Of a stretch of DNA of 64,000 nt, positions 24,535 to 36,700 are shown in pieces. The notes under the pieces are model-generated. The model saw only the letters and a program-made list of their open reading frames with translations, searched no databases and had not been told where the DNA came from. Where the stretch lies: the NCBI GenBank assembly GCA_950097015.1, contig CATNEN010000005.1, positions 2,542,001-2,606,000 on the forward strand. Reading direction: 5' to 3'. Numbering within the stretch: the stretch's first letter is position 1; each line of letters starts with the position of its first letter. The position numbers and the translations under genes are program-made. Source of the DNA: Macrostomum hystrix (Eukaryota > Animalia > Platyhelminthes).

Positions 24535-27500
24535 CCTAACAGGTTTTTAATCTGTCTAACAGGTATCGAATCTGTCTAACAGGTATTGAATCTGTCTAAC
24601 AGGTATCGAATCTATCTAACAGGTATTGAATCTGTCTAACAGGTATTGAATCTGTCTAACAGGTATTGAATCTGTCCAACAGGTATTGAATCTGTCTAAC
24701 AGGTATTGAATCTGTCTAACAGGTATTGAATCTGTCTAACAGGTATCGAATCTGTCTAACAGCTATCGAATCTGTCTAACAGGTATTGAATCTGTCTAAC
24801 AGGTATCGAATCTGTCTAACAGGTATCGAATCTGTCTAACAGGTATCGAATCTGTCTAACAGGTATTGAATCTGTCTAACAGGTATCGAATCTGTCTAAC
24901 AGGTATTGAATCTGTCTAACAGGTATCGAATCTGTCTAACAGGTATCGAATCTGTCTAACAGGTTTTGAATCTGTCTAACAGGTATTGAATCTGTCTAAC
25001 AGGTATCGAATCTGTCTAACAGGTATCGAATCTGTCTAACAGGTATTGAATCTGTCTAACAGGTATTGAATCTGTCTAACAGGTATCGAATCTGTCTAAC
25101 AGGTATTGAATCTGTCTAACAGGTATTGAATCTGTCTAACAGGTATTGAATCTGTCTAACAGGTGTTGAATCTGTCTAACAGGTTTTGAATCTGTCTAAC
25201 AGGTATTGAATCTGTCTAACAGGTATCGAATCTGTCTAACAGGTATTGAATCTGTCTAACAGGTATCGAATCTGTCCAACAGGTATTGAATCTGTCTAAC
25301 AGGTATTGAATCTGTCTAACAGGTATCGAATCTGTCTAACAGTTATCAAATCTGTCTAACAGGTATCGAATCTGTCTAACAGGTATCGAATCTGTCTAAC
25401 AGGTATCGAATCTGTCTAACAGGTATCGAATCTGTCTAACAGGTATTGAATCTGTCTAACAGGTATCGAATCTGTCTAACAGGTATCGAATCTGTCTAAC
25501 AGGTATCGAATCTGTCTAACAGGTATCGAATCTGTCTAACAGGTATCGAATCTGTCTAACAGGTATCGAATCTGTCTAACAGGTATTGAATCTGTCTAAC
25601 AGGTTTTGAATCTGTCTAACAGGTTTTGAATCTGTCTAACAGGTATCGAATCTGTCTAACAGGTATCGAATCTGTCTAACAGGTGTTGAATCTGTCTAAC
25701 AGGTTTTGAATCTGTCTAACAGGTATTGAATCTGTCTAACAGGTATCGAATCTGTCTAACAGGTATCGAATCTGTCTAACAGGTATTGAATCTGTCTAAC
25801 AGGTATTGAATCTGTCTAACAGGTATCGAATCTGTCTAACAGGTATTGAATCTGTCTAACAGGTATCGAATCTGTCTAACAGGTATTGAATCTGTCTAAC
25901 AGGTGTTGAATCTGTCTAACAGGTTTTGAATCTGTCTAACAGGTATTGAATCTGTCTAACAGGTATCGAATCTGTCTAACAGGTATTGAATCTGTCTAAC
26001 AGGTATTGAATCTGTCTAACAGGTTTTGAATCTGTCTAACAGGTTTTGAATCTGTCTAACAGGTATCGAATCTGTCTAACAGGTATCGAATCTGTCTAAC
26101 AGGTATTGAATCTGTCTAACAGGTATTGAATCTGTCTAACAGGTATCGAATCTGTCTAACAGGTATCGAATCTGTCTAACAGGTATTGAATCTGTCTAAC
26201 AGGTATCGAATCTGTCTAACAGGTATCGAATCTATCTAACAGGTATTGAATCTGTCTAACAGGTATCGAATCTGTCTAACAGGTATCGAATCTGTCCAAC
26301 AGGTATTGAATCTGTCTAACAGGTATTGAATCTGTCTAACAGGTATCGAATCTGTCTAACAGTTATCGAATCTGTCTAACAGGTATCGAATCTGTCTAAC
26401 AGGTATCGAATCTGTCTAACAGGTATCGAATCTGTCTAACAGGTATCGAATCTGTCTAACAGGTATTGAATCTGTCTAACAGGTATCGAATCTGTCTAAC
26501 AGGTATCGAATCTGTCTAACAGGTATCGAATCTGTCTAACAGGTATCGAATCTGTCTAACAGGTATCGAATCTGTCTAACAGGTATTGAATCTGTCTAAC
26601 AGGTATTGAATCTGTCTAACAGGTATTGAATCTGTCTAACAGGTATCGAATCTATCTAACAGGTATTGAATCTGTCTAACAGGTATTGAATCTGTCTAAC
26701 AGGTATTGAATCTGTCTAACAGGTATCGAATCTGTCTAACAGGTATTGAATCTGTCTAACAGGTATCGAATCTGTCTAACAGGTATCGAATCTGTCTAAC
26801 AGGTATCGAATCTGTCTAACAGGTATCGAATCTGTCTAACATGCAGGTATCGAATCTGTCTAACAGGTATCGAATCTGTCTAACAGGTATTGAATCTGTC
26901 TAACAGGTATTGAATCTGTCTAACAGGTATTGAATCTGTCTAACAGGTATTGAATCTGTCTAACAGGTATCGAATCTATCTAACAGGTATTGAATCTGTC
27001 TAACAGGTATCGAATCTGTCTAACAGGTATTGAATCTGTCTAACAGGTATTGAATCTGTCTAACAGGTATCGAATCTGTCTAACAGGTATTGAATCTGTC
27101 TAACAGGTATCGAATCTGTCTAACAGGTATTGAATCTGTCTAACAGGTATTGAATCTGTCTAACAGGTATCGAATCTATCTAACAGGTATTGAATCTGTC
27201 TAACAGGTATCGAATCTGTCTAACAGGTATTGAATCTGTCTAACAGGTATTGAATCTGTCTAACAGGTATCGAATCTGTCTAACAGGTATTGAATCTGTC
27301 TAACAGGTATCGAATCTGTCTAACAGGTATCGAATCTGTCTAACAGGTATCGAATCTGTCTAACAGGTATCGAATCTGTCTAACATGCAGGTATCGAATC
27401 TGTCTAACAGGTATCGAATCTGTCTAACAGGTATTGAATCTGTCTAACAGGTATTGAATCTGTCTAACAGGTATTGAATCTGTCTAACAGGTATTGAATC

Positions 27501-27685
27501 TGTCTAACAGGTATCGAATCTATCTAACAGGTATTGAATCTGTCTAACAGGTATCGAATCTGTCTAACAGGTATTGAATCTGTCTAACAGGTATTGAATC
27601 TGTCTAACAGGTATCGAATCTGTCTAACAGGTATTGAATCTGTCTAACAGGTATCGAATCTGTCTAACAGGTATTGAATCTGTAC
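24535..27685. repeat. 20-bp minisatellite AATCTGTCTAACAGGTAT(T/C)G
   Basis: 3.1-kb homogeneous array. A 4-bp insertion variant (AACATGCAGG) occurs twice, about 544 bp apart. Confidence 0.98.
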
Positions 27686-28309
27686 AGGCAGGCATATATG
27701 TATTATCTTTATTGTTTCCAGTAAAATTAAAAGTCAAATAGTTGAAGCTTTTCCGAATTGGATTTTTTTGATACGTCTGAAACTACGAAACGTTTTTGTT
27801 TTAAAATCTTAACAGCTTTTTGCAGTTACCATTAGATGGTTCATTGTCTACTTGGAAAAGTACAGCATCTTTACGCGAAAATAAAAATCAACCACGCTCA
27901 AATGACGATAAAAATAGTTTCACGAGAACACTCGAGAAGATTCTCTGCATGCTCAATAATTTCACAAGTAAGGCTCCCTTCATGCAGGTTTCATTTAAAT
28001 TTGAAGATCAACAAAAAGCCTTCATTTAGGTCACAAATTTAGCGTCTCAAACTAAATTCTACAAAACAACTCGTGCGAACTACTATTTATAAGTAGTATA
28101 AATTGTAGTGCTATTTTATTCAACTCCGTGAGATACCGAGATTGCTGTAGATCGTAGAAATACAAAAAGCATTAAAAAATAGTTTCAGTCGATTAAGAGG
28201 CGCATGATTACAAATTTAAATTATAAAAACAGTTCAAATTTGTGCCAAAAGTTACCGTCGTTTAAACTTGTTCTTAACAAACCTTGTTACGCAAGTGTAA
28301 GACTTGAAT

Positions 28310-29790
28310 ACACTAATGTGGGATTTTAGATACACTGGTGTGGGATTTTAGATACACTGGTGTGGGATTTGATAGACACTGGTGTGGGATTTGATAGACA
28401 CGGTGTGGGATTTGATAGACACGGTGTGGGATTTGATAGACACTGGTGTGGGATTTGATAGACACTGGTGTGGGATTTGATAGACACTGGTGTGGGATTT
28501 GATAGATCGTGGTGTGGGATTTGATAGACACTTGTGTAGGATTTGATAGACACTGGTGTGGGATTTGATAGACACTGGTGTGGGATTTGATAGACACTGG
28601 TGTGGGATTTGATGGATCCTGGTGTGGGATTTGATAGACACTTGTGTAGGATTTGATAGACACTGGTGTGGGATTTGATAGACACTGGTGTGGGATTTGA
28701 TAGACACTGGTGTGGGATTTGATAGACACTGGTGTGGGATTTGATGGATCCTGGTGTGGGATTTGATAGACACTTGTGTAGGATTTGATAGACACTGGTG
28801 TGGGATTTGATAGATCGTGGTGTGGGATTTGATAGACACTGGTGTGGGATTTGATAGACACTGGTGTGGGATTTGATAGACACTGGTGTGGGATTTGATA
28901 GACACTGGTGTGGGATTTGATAGACACTGGTGTGGGATTTGATAGACACTGGTGTGGGATTTGATAGACACTTGTGTAGGATTTGATAGACACTGGTGTG
29001 GGATTTGATAGACACTGGTGTGGGATTTGATAGACACTGGTGTGGGATTTGATAGACACTGGTGTGGGATTTGATGGATCCTGGTGTGGGATTTGATAGA
29101 CACTTGTGTAGGATTTGATAGACACTGGTGTGGAATTTGATAGACACTGGTGTGGGATTTGATAGACACTGGTGTGGGATTTGATAGACACTGGTGTGGG
29201 ATTTGATAGACACTGGTGTGGGATTTGATGGATCCTGGTGTGGGATTTGATAGACACTTGTGTAGGATTTGATAGACACTGGTGTGGGATTTGATAGATC
29301 GTGGTGTGGGATTTGATAGACACTTGTGTAGGATTTGATAGACACTGGTGTGGAATTTTATAGACACTGGTGTGGGATTTGATAGACACTGGTGTGGGAT
29401 TTGATAGACACTGGTGTGGGATTTGATAGACACTGGTGTGGGATTTGATGGATCCTGGTGTGGGATTTGATAGACACTTGTGTAGGATTTGATAGACACT
29501 GGTGTGGGATTTGATAGATCGTGGTGTGGGATTTGATAGACACTGGTGTGGGATTTGATAGACACTGGTGTGGGATTTGATAGACACTGGTGTGGGATTT
29601 GATAGACACTGGTGTGGGATTTGATAGACACTGGTGTGGGATTTGATAGACACTGGTGTGGGATTTGATAGACACTGGTGTGGGATTTGATAGACACTGG
29701 TGTGGGATTTGATAGACACTGGTGTGGGATTTGATGGATCCTGGTGTGGGATTTGATAGACACTTGTGTAGGATTTGATAGACACTGGCG
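28310..29790. repeat. 22-bp minisatellite ACTGGTGTGGGATTTGATAGAC
   Basis: Direct tandem copies. Confidence 0.97.
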
Positions 29791-30034
29791 TGTCTATGTC
29801 TAACATCATGACAGTTTGAAATTTATGTCAAAATGGTCAAGCTAGTCTTAATTAATTTCGTACTGGTTGAAAACTTTTAGCACAAATTAGAATTAAGCTT
29901 TTAGCTTGTAGTGCAGGAGGTAGCGAAAAAGGCTCTTAACTGATTAGCGGCAAAACTACGCGAAAGAAACAATTTTCATTAGCAGAAGTAATCGTTTTTA
30001 AAGTGCTTTGCTACAAATTTAATTTTGTTAAAAA

Positions 30035-30620
30035 TCTCACTGGGATCTACCCACGAATCTCACTGGGATCTACCCACGAATCTTACTGGGATCTACCCAC
30101 GAATCTCACTGGGATCTACCCACGAATCTTACTGGGATCAACCCACGAATCTTACTGGGATCTACCCACGAATCTCACTGGGATCTACCCACGAATCTTA
30201 CTGGGATCAACCCACGAATCTTACTGGGATCAACCCACGAATCTTACTGGGATCTACCCACGAATCTTACTGGGATCTACCCACGAATCTCACTGGGATC
30301 TACCCACGAATCTTACTGGGATCAACCCACGAATCTTACTGGGATCAACCCACGAATCTTACTGGGATCTACCCAAGACTCTCACTGGGATCTACCCACG
30401 AATCTTACTGGGATCAACCCACGAATCTTACTGGGATCAACCCACGAATCTTACTGGGATCTACCCAAGACTCTCACTGGGATCTACCCACGAATCTTAC
30501 TGGGATCAACCCACGAATCTTACTGGGATCAACCCACGAATCTTACTGGGATCAACCCACGAATCTTACTGGGATTTAACCTACCATTGAAACTGGGATT
30601 TAACCTACCATTCCAACTGG
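30035..30620. repeat. 23-bp minisatellite ACTGGGATCTACCCACGAATCTT
   Basis: Direct tandem copies. Confidence 0.95.
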
Positions 30621-30709
30621 GATTTGAGCTTGAATAATGAGTTGATCTTGTAAAATATAACAGACATAAAAGACTACAAAATTCGGAATCCAAAATATAG
30701 AGAGCATTC

Positions 30710-33700
30710 TTAAGTACCAGCCAGTAGGCACGGCAGGTAATCGTACTCAATCAGTATGGTGACAGTCAGGAATCCGGCGTACAGGATTAGCATAGCAACA
30801 CCCAGGCCCTTTGACATTCGCCAACGAAACGCAGCAATGCTTAGCACTAAGCAGGCCAGCATGCCGAATAACAGTAGGACACTGCAGACTGCGCCCTTGC
30901 TGTTCACTGACACCGGTTTGGTCGAGTGCACCAGAGACCAGACTAGCCAGGGCAGCGGCAGACCAATGGTGACGTCGAAAATATTCGAACCGACTGAGCT
31001 GGACACAGCCATATCGCCTAGGCCTTGCCTAGCAACTACCACAGAGGTGATGAGATCGGGGACACTAGTGCCGGCAGCTAGAAAAGTCAGGCCCATGATC
31101 TGTGGGGGAAATTGTTCGATATTATTTCAGGATTTACAGTATTACATTCATTTTCATTTTCTCCTTCATTGTAAAATAATTTTCATGATGAAGTTTTATC
31201 CTGAAGTTTTATCATCCTGAAGTTTTATCATCCTGAAGTTTCATCCTCCTGAAGTTTTATCATCCTGAAGTTTCATCCTCCTGAAGTTTCATCCTCCTGA
31301 AGTTTTATCCTCCTGAAGTTTTATCCTACAGAATGTTTTTCCTTCTGAAGTTTCATCCCGCTGAAGTTTCATCCTCCTGAAGTTTTATCCTACAGAATTT
31401 TTTTCCTTCTGAAATTTCATCCTCCTGAAGTTTCATCCTCCTGAAGTTTCATCCTTCTAATGTTTTTTATCCTACATAATTTTTCCTCCTGACGTTTCAT
31501 CCTGATTAAGCTTTATCTTCCTGAAGTTTAATCATCCTTACGTTTCATTTGCAACTGAGGAGAACTTCATAATTATATTACTCAATAATCAATCAAACAA
31601 CTCACCGAGTCTGGTATGCCAACAACTTCGCCGATTAGTTTAGCCCACCAGACCATCAGATAGCTGAATCCTCCAATCCAGATTATGCTGCCGATGAACG
31701 TCCAGACGAAGAATTTTTCGCTCTTCTGTATTTTCGGAACAAGATTGTTAGATTTTCAAGATATTTATACTGTCACCTCCCTTTCTGAGCCCCGAATGGA
31801 GCTGATTGGCTGCACTTAAACTGAACGCGTCATTTTTTCACTTCTAAACCTTCTGCGTCTGCTGATTGGCTGGCGCCAGGACTGAGTGTCTTGCCTTATT
31901 CTAACCCTTCCGCATCTGCTGATTGGCTGGCGCCAGGACTGAGTGTCTTGCCTTATTCTAACCCTTCCGCGTCTGCTGATTGGCTGGCGCCAGAACTAAA
32001 TGAATTTCCTCATTCTAAACCTTCCTCATATCCTTACTATGACAGTTCGCATCGTTTCAAATGTTTCTATTCTGGTTGGCTGCATTATAAAAATATACAA
32101 TTATTATAATCCCATACAAGCAATTATTTCGACTGCCTGATGTTCGTCTCTTTAGCTTGGCTATATTGCCGATTTTCCTTAGTCTTTCATTTTCTTGTTA
32201 CCGATTCGCGCATTAGAACAATGGAAAAGCTTAGCAACTTAAATATATAGAGATCGCTGCAATTAGCCTAATGATAATTATGTGTTTTTGCATGCAAATT
32301 CAAGCCAAAGCGGAATGTGCGCATTTGGGAAACCGAATAATGAGGCCTCTTTCTCTCTTCTTTTTCTATGCTTTTTTGCTCATTTTACTGAACTAAATCA
32401 TGGATCTATGAGAGTTCATTGACATGGATATTGACATTCGCTTTTCACCTTATCGTAGCTCACCTGTTTCCTGACGTCGGCCAATGTTAGCCAGAGTAAA
32501 ATAGCGATCGGGAATACCAGCAGGTACATGATGCGTTGCCTGGCTGTTGCTGGCCAGGACAGGTCCATCGGTTCGGAGTTCTCCAGCTGTGATTTTTATT
32601 GATTTGGTAAATAGATAGAAAATTATTATAATTGGATAGATAAGTAAACACTAAAAATGACTTAAAAAACTGATGATAACGCTTTAGAGTCAAGGATAGA
32701 CAGGTGAACAGAATGATCGTCCTAGTCATTGAGTTACATCATTCTTTTCATCTGTCAATCAATGAGTTACATCATTCTATTCCCCTGTCTATCAATGAGG
32801 TGCATCATTCTATTCCCCTGTCTATCAATGAGGTGCATCATTCTACTCATATGTCTATCCATGAGTTACATCATTCTATTCACCTGTCAACAGGTAATAG
32901 AATAGAATAGAATAGAATAGAATAGAATAGAATAGAATAGAATAGAATGATGTAACTCGTGGATAGACAGGTGTATAGAATGATGTAACTCGTGGATAGA
33001 CAGGTGAATTGAATGATGTAACTCGTGGATAGACAGGTGAATAGAATGACGTAACTCGTGTTTAGACAGGTGAATTGAATGATGTAACTCGTGGATAGAC
33101 AGGTGAATAGAATGATGTAACTCGTGGATAGACAGGTGAATAGAATGATGTAATTCGTGGATAGACAGGTGAATAGAATGATGTAACTCGTGGATAGACA
33201 GGTGAATAGAATGATGTAACTCGTGGATAGACAGGTGAATAGAATGATGTAACTCGTGGATAGACAGGTGAATAGAATTAATTAACTCGTGGATAGACAG
33301 GTGAATAGAATGATGTAACTCGTGGATAGACAGGTGAATAGAATGATGTAACTCGTGGATAGACAGGTGAATAGAATTAATTAACTCGTGGATAGACAGG
33401 TGAATAGAATGATGTAACTCGTGGATAGACAGGTGAATAGAATGATGTAACTCGTGGTTAGACAGGTGAATAGAATGATGTAACTCGTGGATAGACAGGT
33501 GAATAGAATGATGTAACTCGTGGATAGACAGGTGAATAGAATGATGTAATTCGTGGATAGACAGGTGAATAGAATGATGTAACTCGTGGATAGACAGGTG
33601 AATAGAATGATGTAACTCAAGGATGGACAGGTAAATTTATAACTCGAAAGATTCGTAACCGTTTCACACCAGCCCATTTTGTCACCATTCAGTCGGCTGT

Positions 33701-36700
33701 TTCGGGTCGAGAAGGTTAATGAGGCCTATGTAACAGTGCCTCGGAGGCAGAGACTGACAAAGCCCACTGCCTAAGAGTAGCTCGTAAGTGAGGGATTAGT
33801 GAAACACGGACTATCGAGGGTTGCCGCGGAAACTGCGGGCGCGTAATTCCTTTGTATGAAAGAAAGACTCAAACATTGGAACTGCTTGTGAGGACTTACT
33901 AAAACGCTCCCTTTAAGCGCCTAATCAAATACGTGGCGTCGGGTTTCTTTCGGTTTAGTTCGCCCCTCCAGCGCCCCTGAAGCGTCACTCCCGACGCTGC
34001 GCACGCATTTGTCATAAACAAATTCTGATAGCTCGTATTTACCTGCCTGACGATGAGAAAGTCAGGGCAGATGTACACACCTGTGTGAGCGTGTGCCTGC
34101 GTACTGTATGTGTGTACGTGTGTGCTCAGGAGTCAGGTAACTAATTAATTCATTTAGAATTAATTATTGGAAGATGAAAATGTGTACCAGGCCGACACAC
34201 AAGCTCAGCTAAATTGTCTAATTATTCATCTGAATTATCTATAACAAAGAAAACAAACAAATAAAAAGAGTCAACTCACATCGTCGCTTTCAGAACCCTG
34301 CTTCGGCCTGTCCCGCACATCTGATGCGCATTTTTCTGCAGTCTGATCGCCAGGTAAATTTTCTGCCCGCTTTAGTTTTCGCTCGCCGTTAGCAGCAGCA
34401 CCGTTGCCGCTGCGATCCAGAACTGACCGCTGCTCGGGCCCAGACCGATTGTGATTGGTGGAAGCCTCTTCGCTGAGGGCCAATCGCTGACGACTACGGG
34501 TGATAACAGCCTCGGTCACGTGGTGCATTCGGATGACTGCACAAACGGGTTTGATTTTTGTACAGATTTAGAACTATCCGTCTTATTTTTTTGTTTCTCC
34601 GACGAATTTTACTAAGCTTAATCCCTGAAAAGCTGATCCTCATACTATTTTCTTTACTAGACCTAGATTACGACTAGAGAAACTATCTAGGTTAACGAAT
34701 TTTAATTGTAGAGTCATATACGACTATTAAAAAATTATTACCGCGTGGTTTTATTGTTTCATTAGCTAAATTCATTTTTAGGAACAGGAATAGGAATAGC
34801 TTGACAGTAATGGACGAAGTTATAAACTAGAAAACTATTATTAAGAGATGAGCCTTTAGTCCGCATTTAATCAGAATCGCTCACTAAATTGTGCAGAAAT
34901 AGTGAATAATGTAATCTCTGTAGTGTCTTTTTCTGGAAAAATAAGCCTCCTGAACTGTTTCTAAGAAAGCTAGTTTCCCGCCCTTTTTTACTCCGCGTCC
35001 TTGGCGTACGCACTCGCACAATTGTGTACATCTGCCCCGACTTTCTTAGCCTTAGTCAGTGTGTGAATTCTCACTGTGTCTTGCTGAGCTTGGTCCTATA
35101 ACTAACGTTAATTGCACGACAAGCCATCCTCAAGGCCAAATTAGTGTATAGCCTCGCCGCGGATTCGAGCTCAGGTTCTTTGGTATGATTCAGACTCGCT
35201 GAAATCGACTCTCCAAACATCTGTTTTTTTATTACATGACGTTTCATGGGATGGGCGGATAGATGGGCGGATAGCTCAGTCAGTAAGGTGTCGGACTCTG
35301 GATCAGATGGTCCTGGGTTCGACTCCCGACCTAGTCTAGAACTATTCGTGCAGCCTTTGGCAAGCTGCTTTGCCCTGATGTGCTCACAGTCTACTCAGCT
35401 GCAAATGACTACCGACGTTTCGTCGGGTAATAACAATTCCGGCTGGCGTGGAATAAAGCAGTTCTGTGCGGCAATTCAGTGGGGTTCGGATGCTGCCGAT
35501 ATGTTTGGAAAAATAAATTCCATTGCTGACACGCGGCTGTCAACCGGTGTCCGAGAGAGCCGGGGAGTACAATAGTTGTGCAGTCCCCACCTGCTAGTGC
35601 GCCTGACACACAACACCTGCACTGGCCCTTGGGTCTAGTGTCAATTATTATCATTATTATTACATGACGTTTCACTTAAATGGTATTAAGAAAAAATTAT
35701 TAATTAAAGTCCCAATGTAAACAAAATTATTCATTTCTTGAATTTTTGAATACTCGAGATGATCAAAGTACAGTGTGCACTCGTATTTAAATACTACTGC
35801 GTGCAAGTTAACTACGTCCATTTTAACGCATTTAACGAATATAATGTAGCGAAAAAACACTATTGTACCCTTCAGGCTGGATTATCTAACATTGCATTAG
35901 ATATCAGATAAAATGTGGATCAGCAAGTGTACTTCTCTAGTATTTAAGATACCCTAAGATCGCGGATTTACTAATCCCGCGCACTGTGTCACACGATAAG
36001 GCAGTTCTATCGATTAGTCTTAACTGTGTGCAGCCTCATTTCATCGGCTGATTTCAAAGCTCACAACCATTCTCATGTTTTATCTCACAAATACAGCTCA
36101 GTGTATCCTGCCTCAGCAGACGAGTTCCACAGAAGTCAGGAAGACTTGCTTTCTTAATTACTTCCCTGTTAAAAAAATGGATAGATGCGATATATGATCA
36201 TTTCGATCTTGAACCATCTTTCATCGTCGTTCCGAAAACATTTTCTGAAAAAATTGCTAACATCGGGCGGACCTATAGTATGGGAACTAGATTTATTTTT
36301 GGATGAAATTTTTGATTAAATCGCGGCTCTATTTCCCCTGATCATCTGCCGACAGTCCTATCTAAATTCGGGATATATTTGACATCAGGGCAAGCGCGGG
36401 AAAATGATAACTCAGATTTTTGTTAGCCTCCTAAAGGGTGCCTAAAATATGGCGTTGGCTGAAATGCAAAGAAAAACGGTAGGATTTCGATTTTGCGGGA
36501 ATTTTCCCATTTTTTGCTATGAACGGAACCTTATGTAAACCCAGTATATACAATAAATCGATTTTTGTCCTTCTCACCCGTCCCTAGGGCCGACCCTCTC
36601 AATTCTCTAACCCCCCGTTGGATATGATTGGCTATCTCTATTATCTAAATGTACGCTCAGCCCTATTCTGTCTACCCACCCCAGACTGTCTATAATGTTC

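Noticed and set aside
24535-27685. CRISPR-like appearance of regular repeats (also 49313-52152)
   Set aside because: The units are head-to-tail with no unique spacers, there are no cas genes, and the context is eukaryotic.
28313-30590. Long repetitive ORFs
   Set aside because: They are 22/23-bp arrays that are open in several frames.
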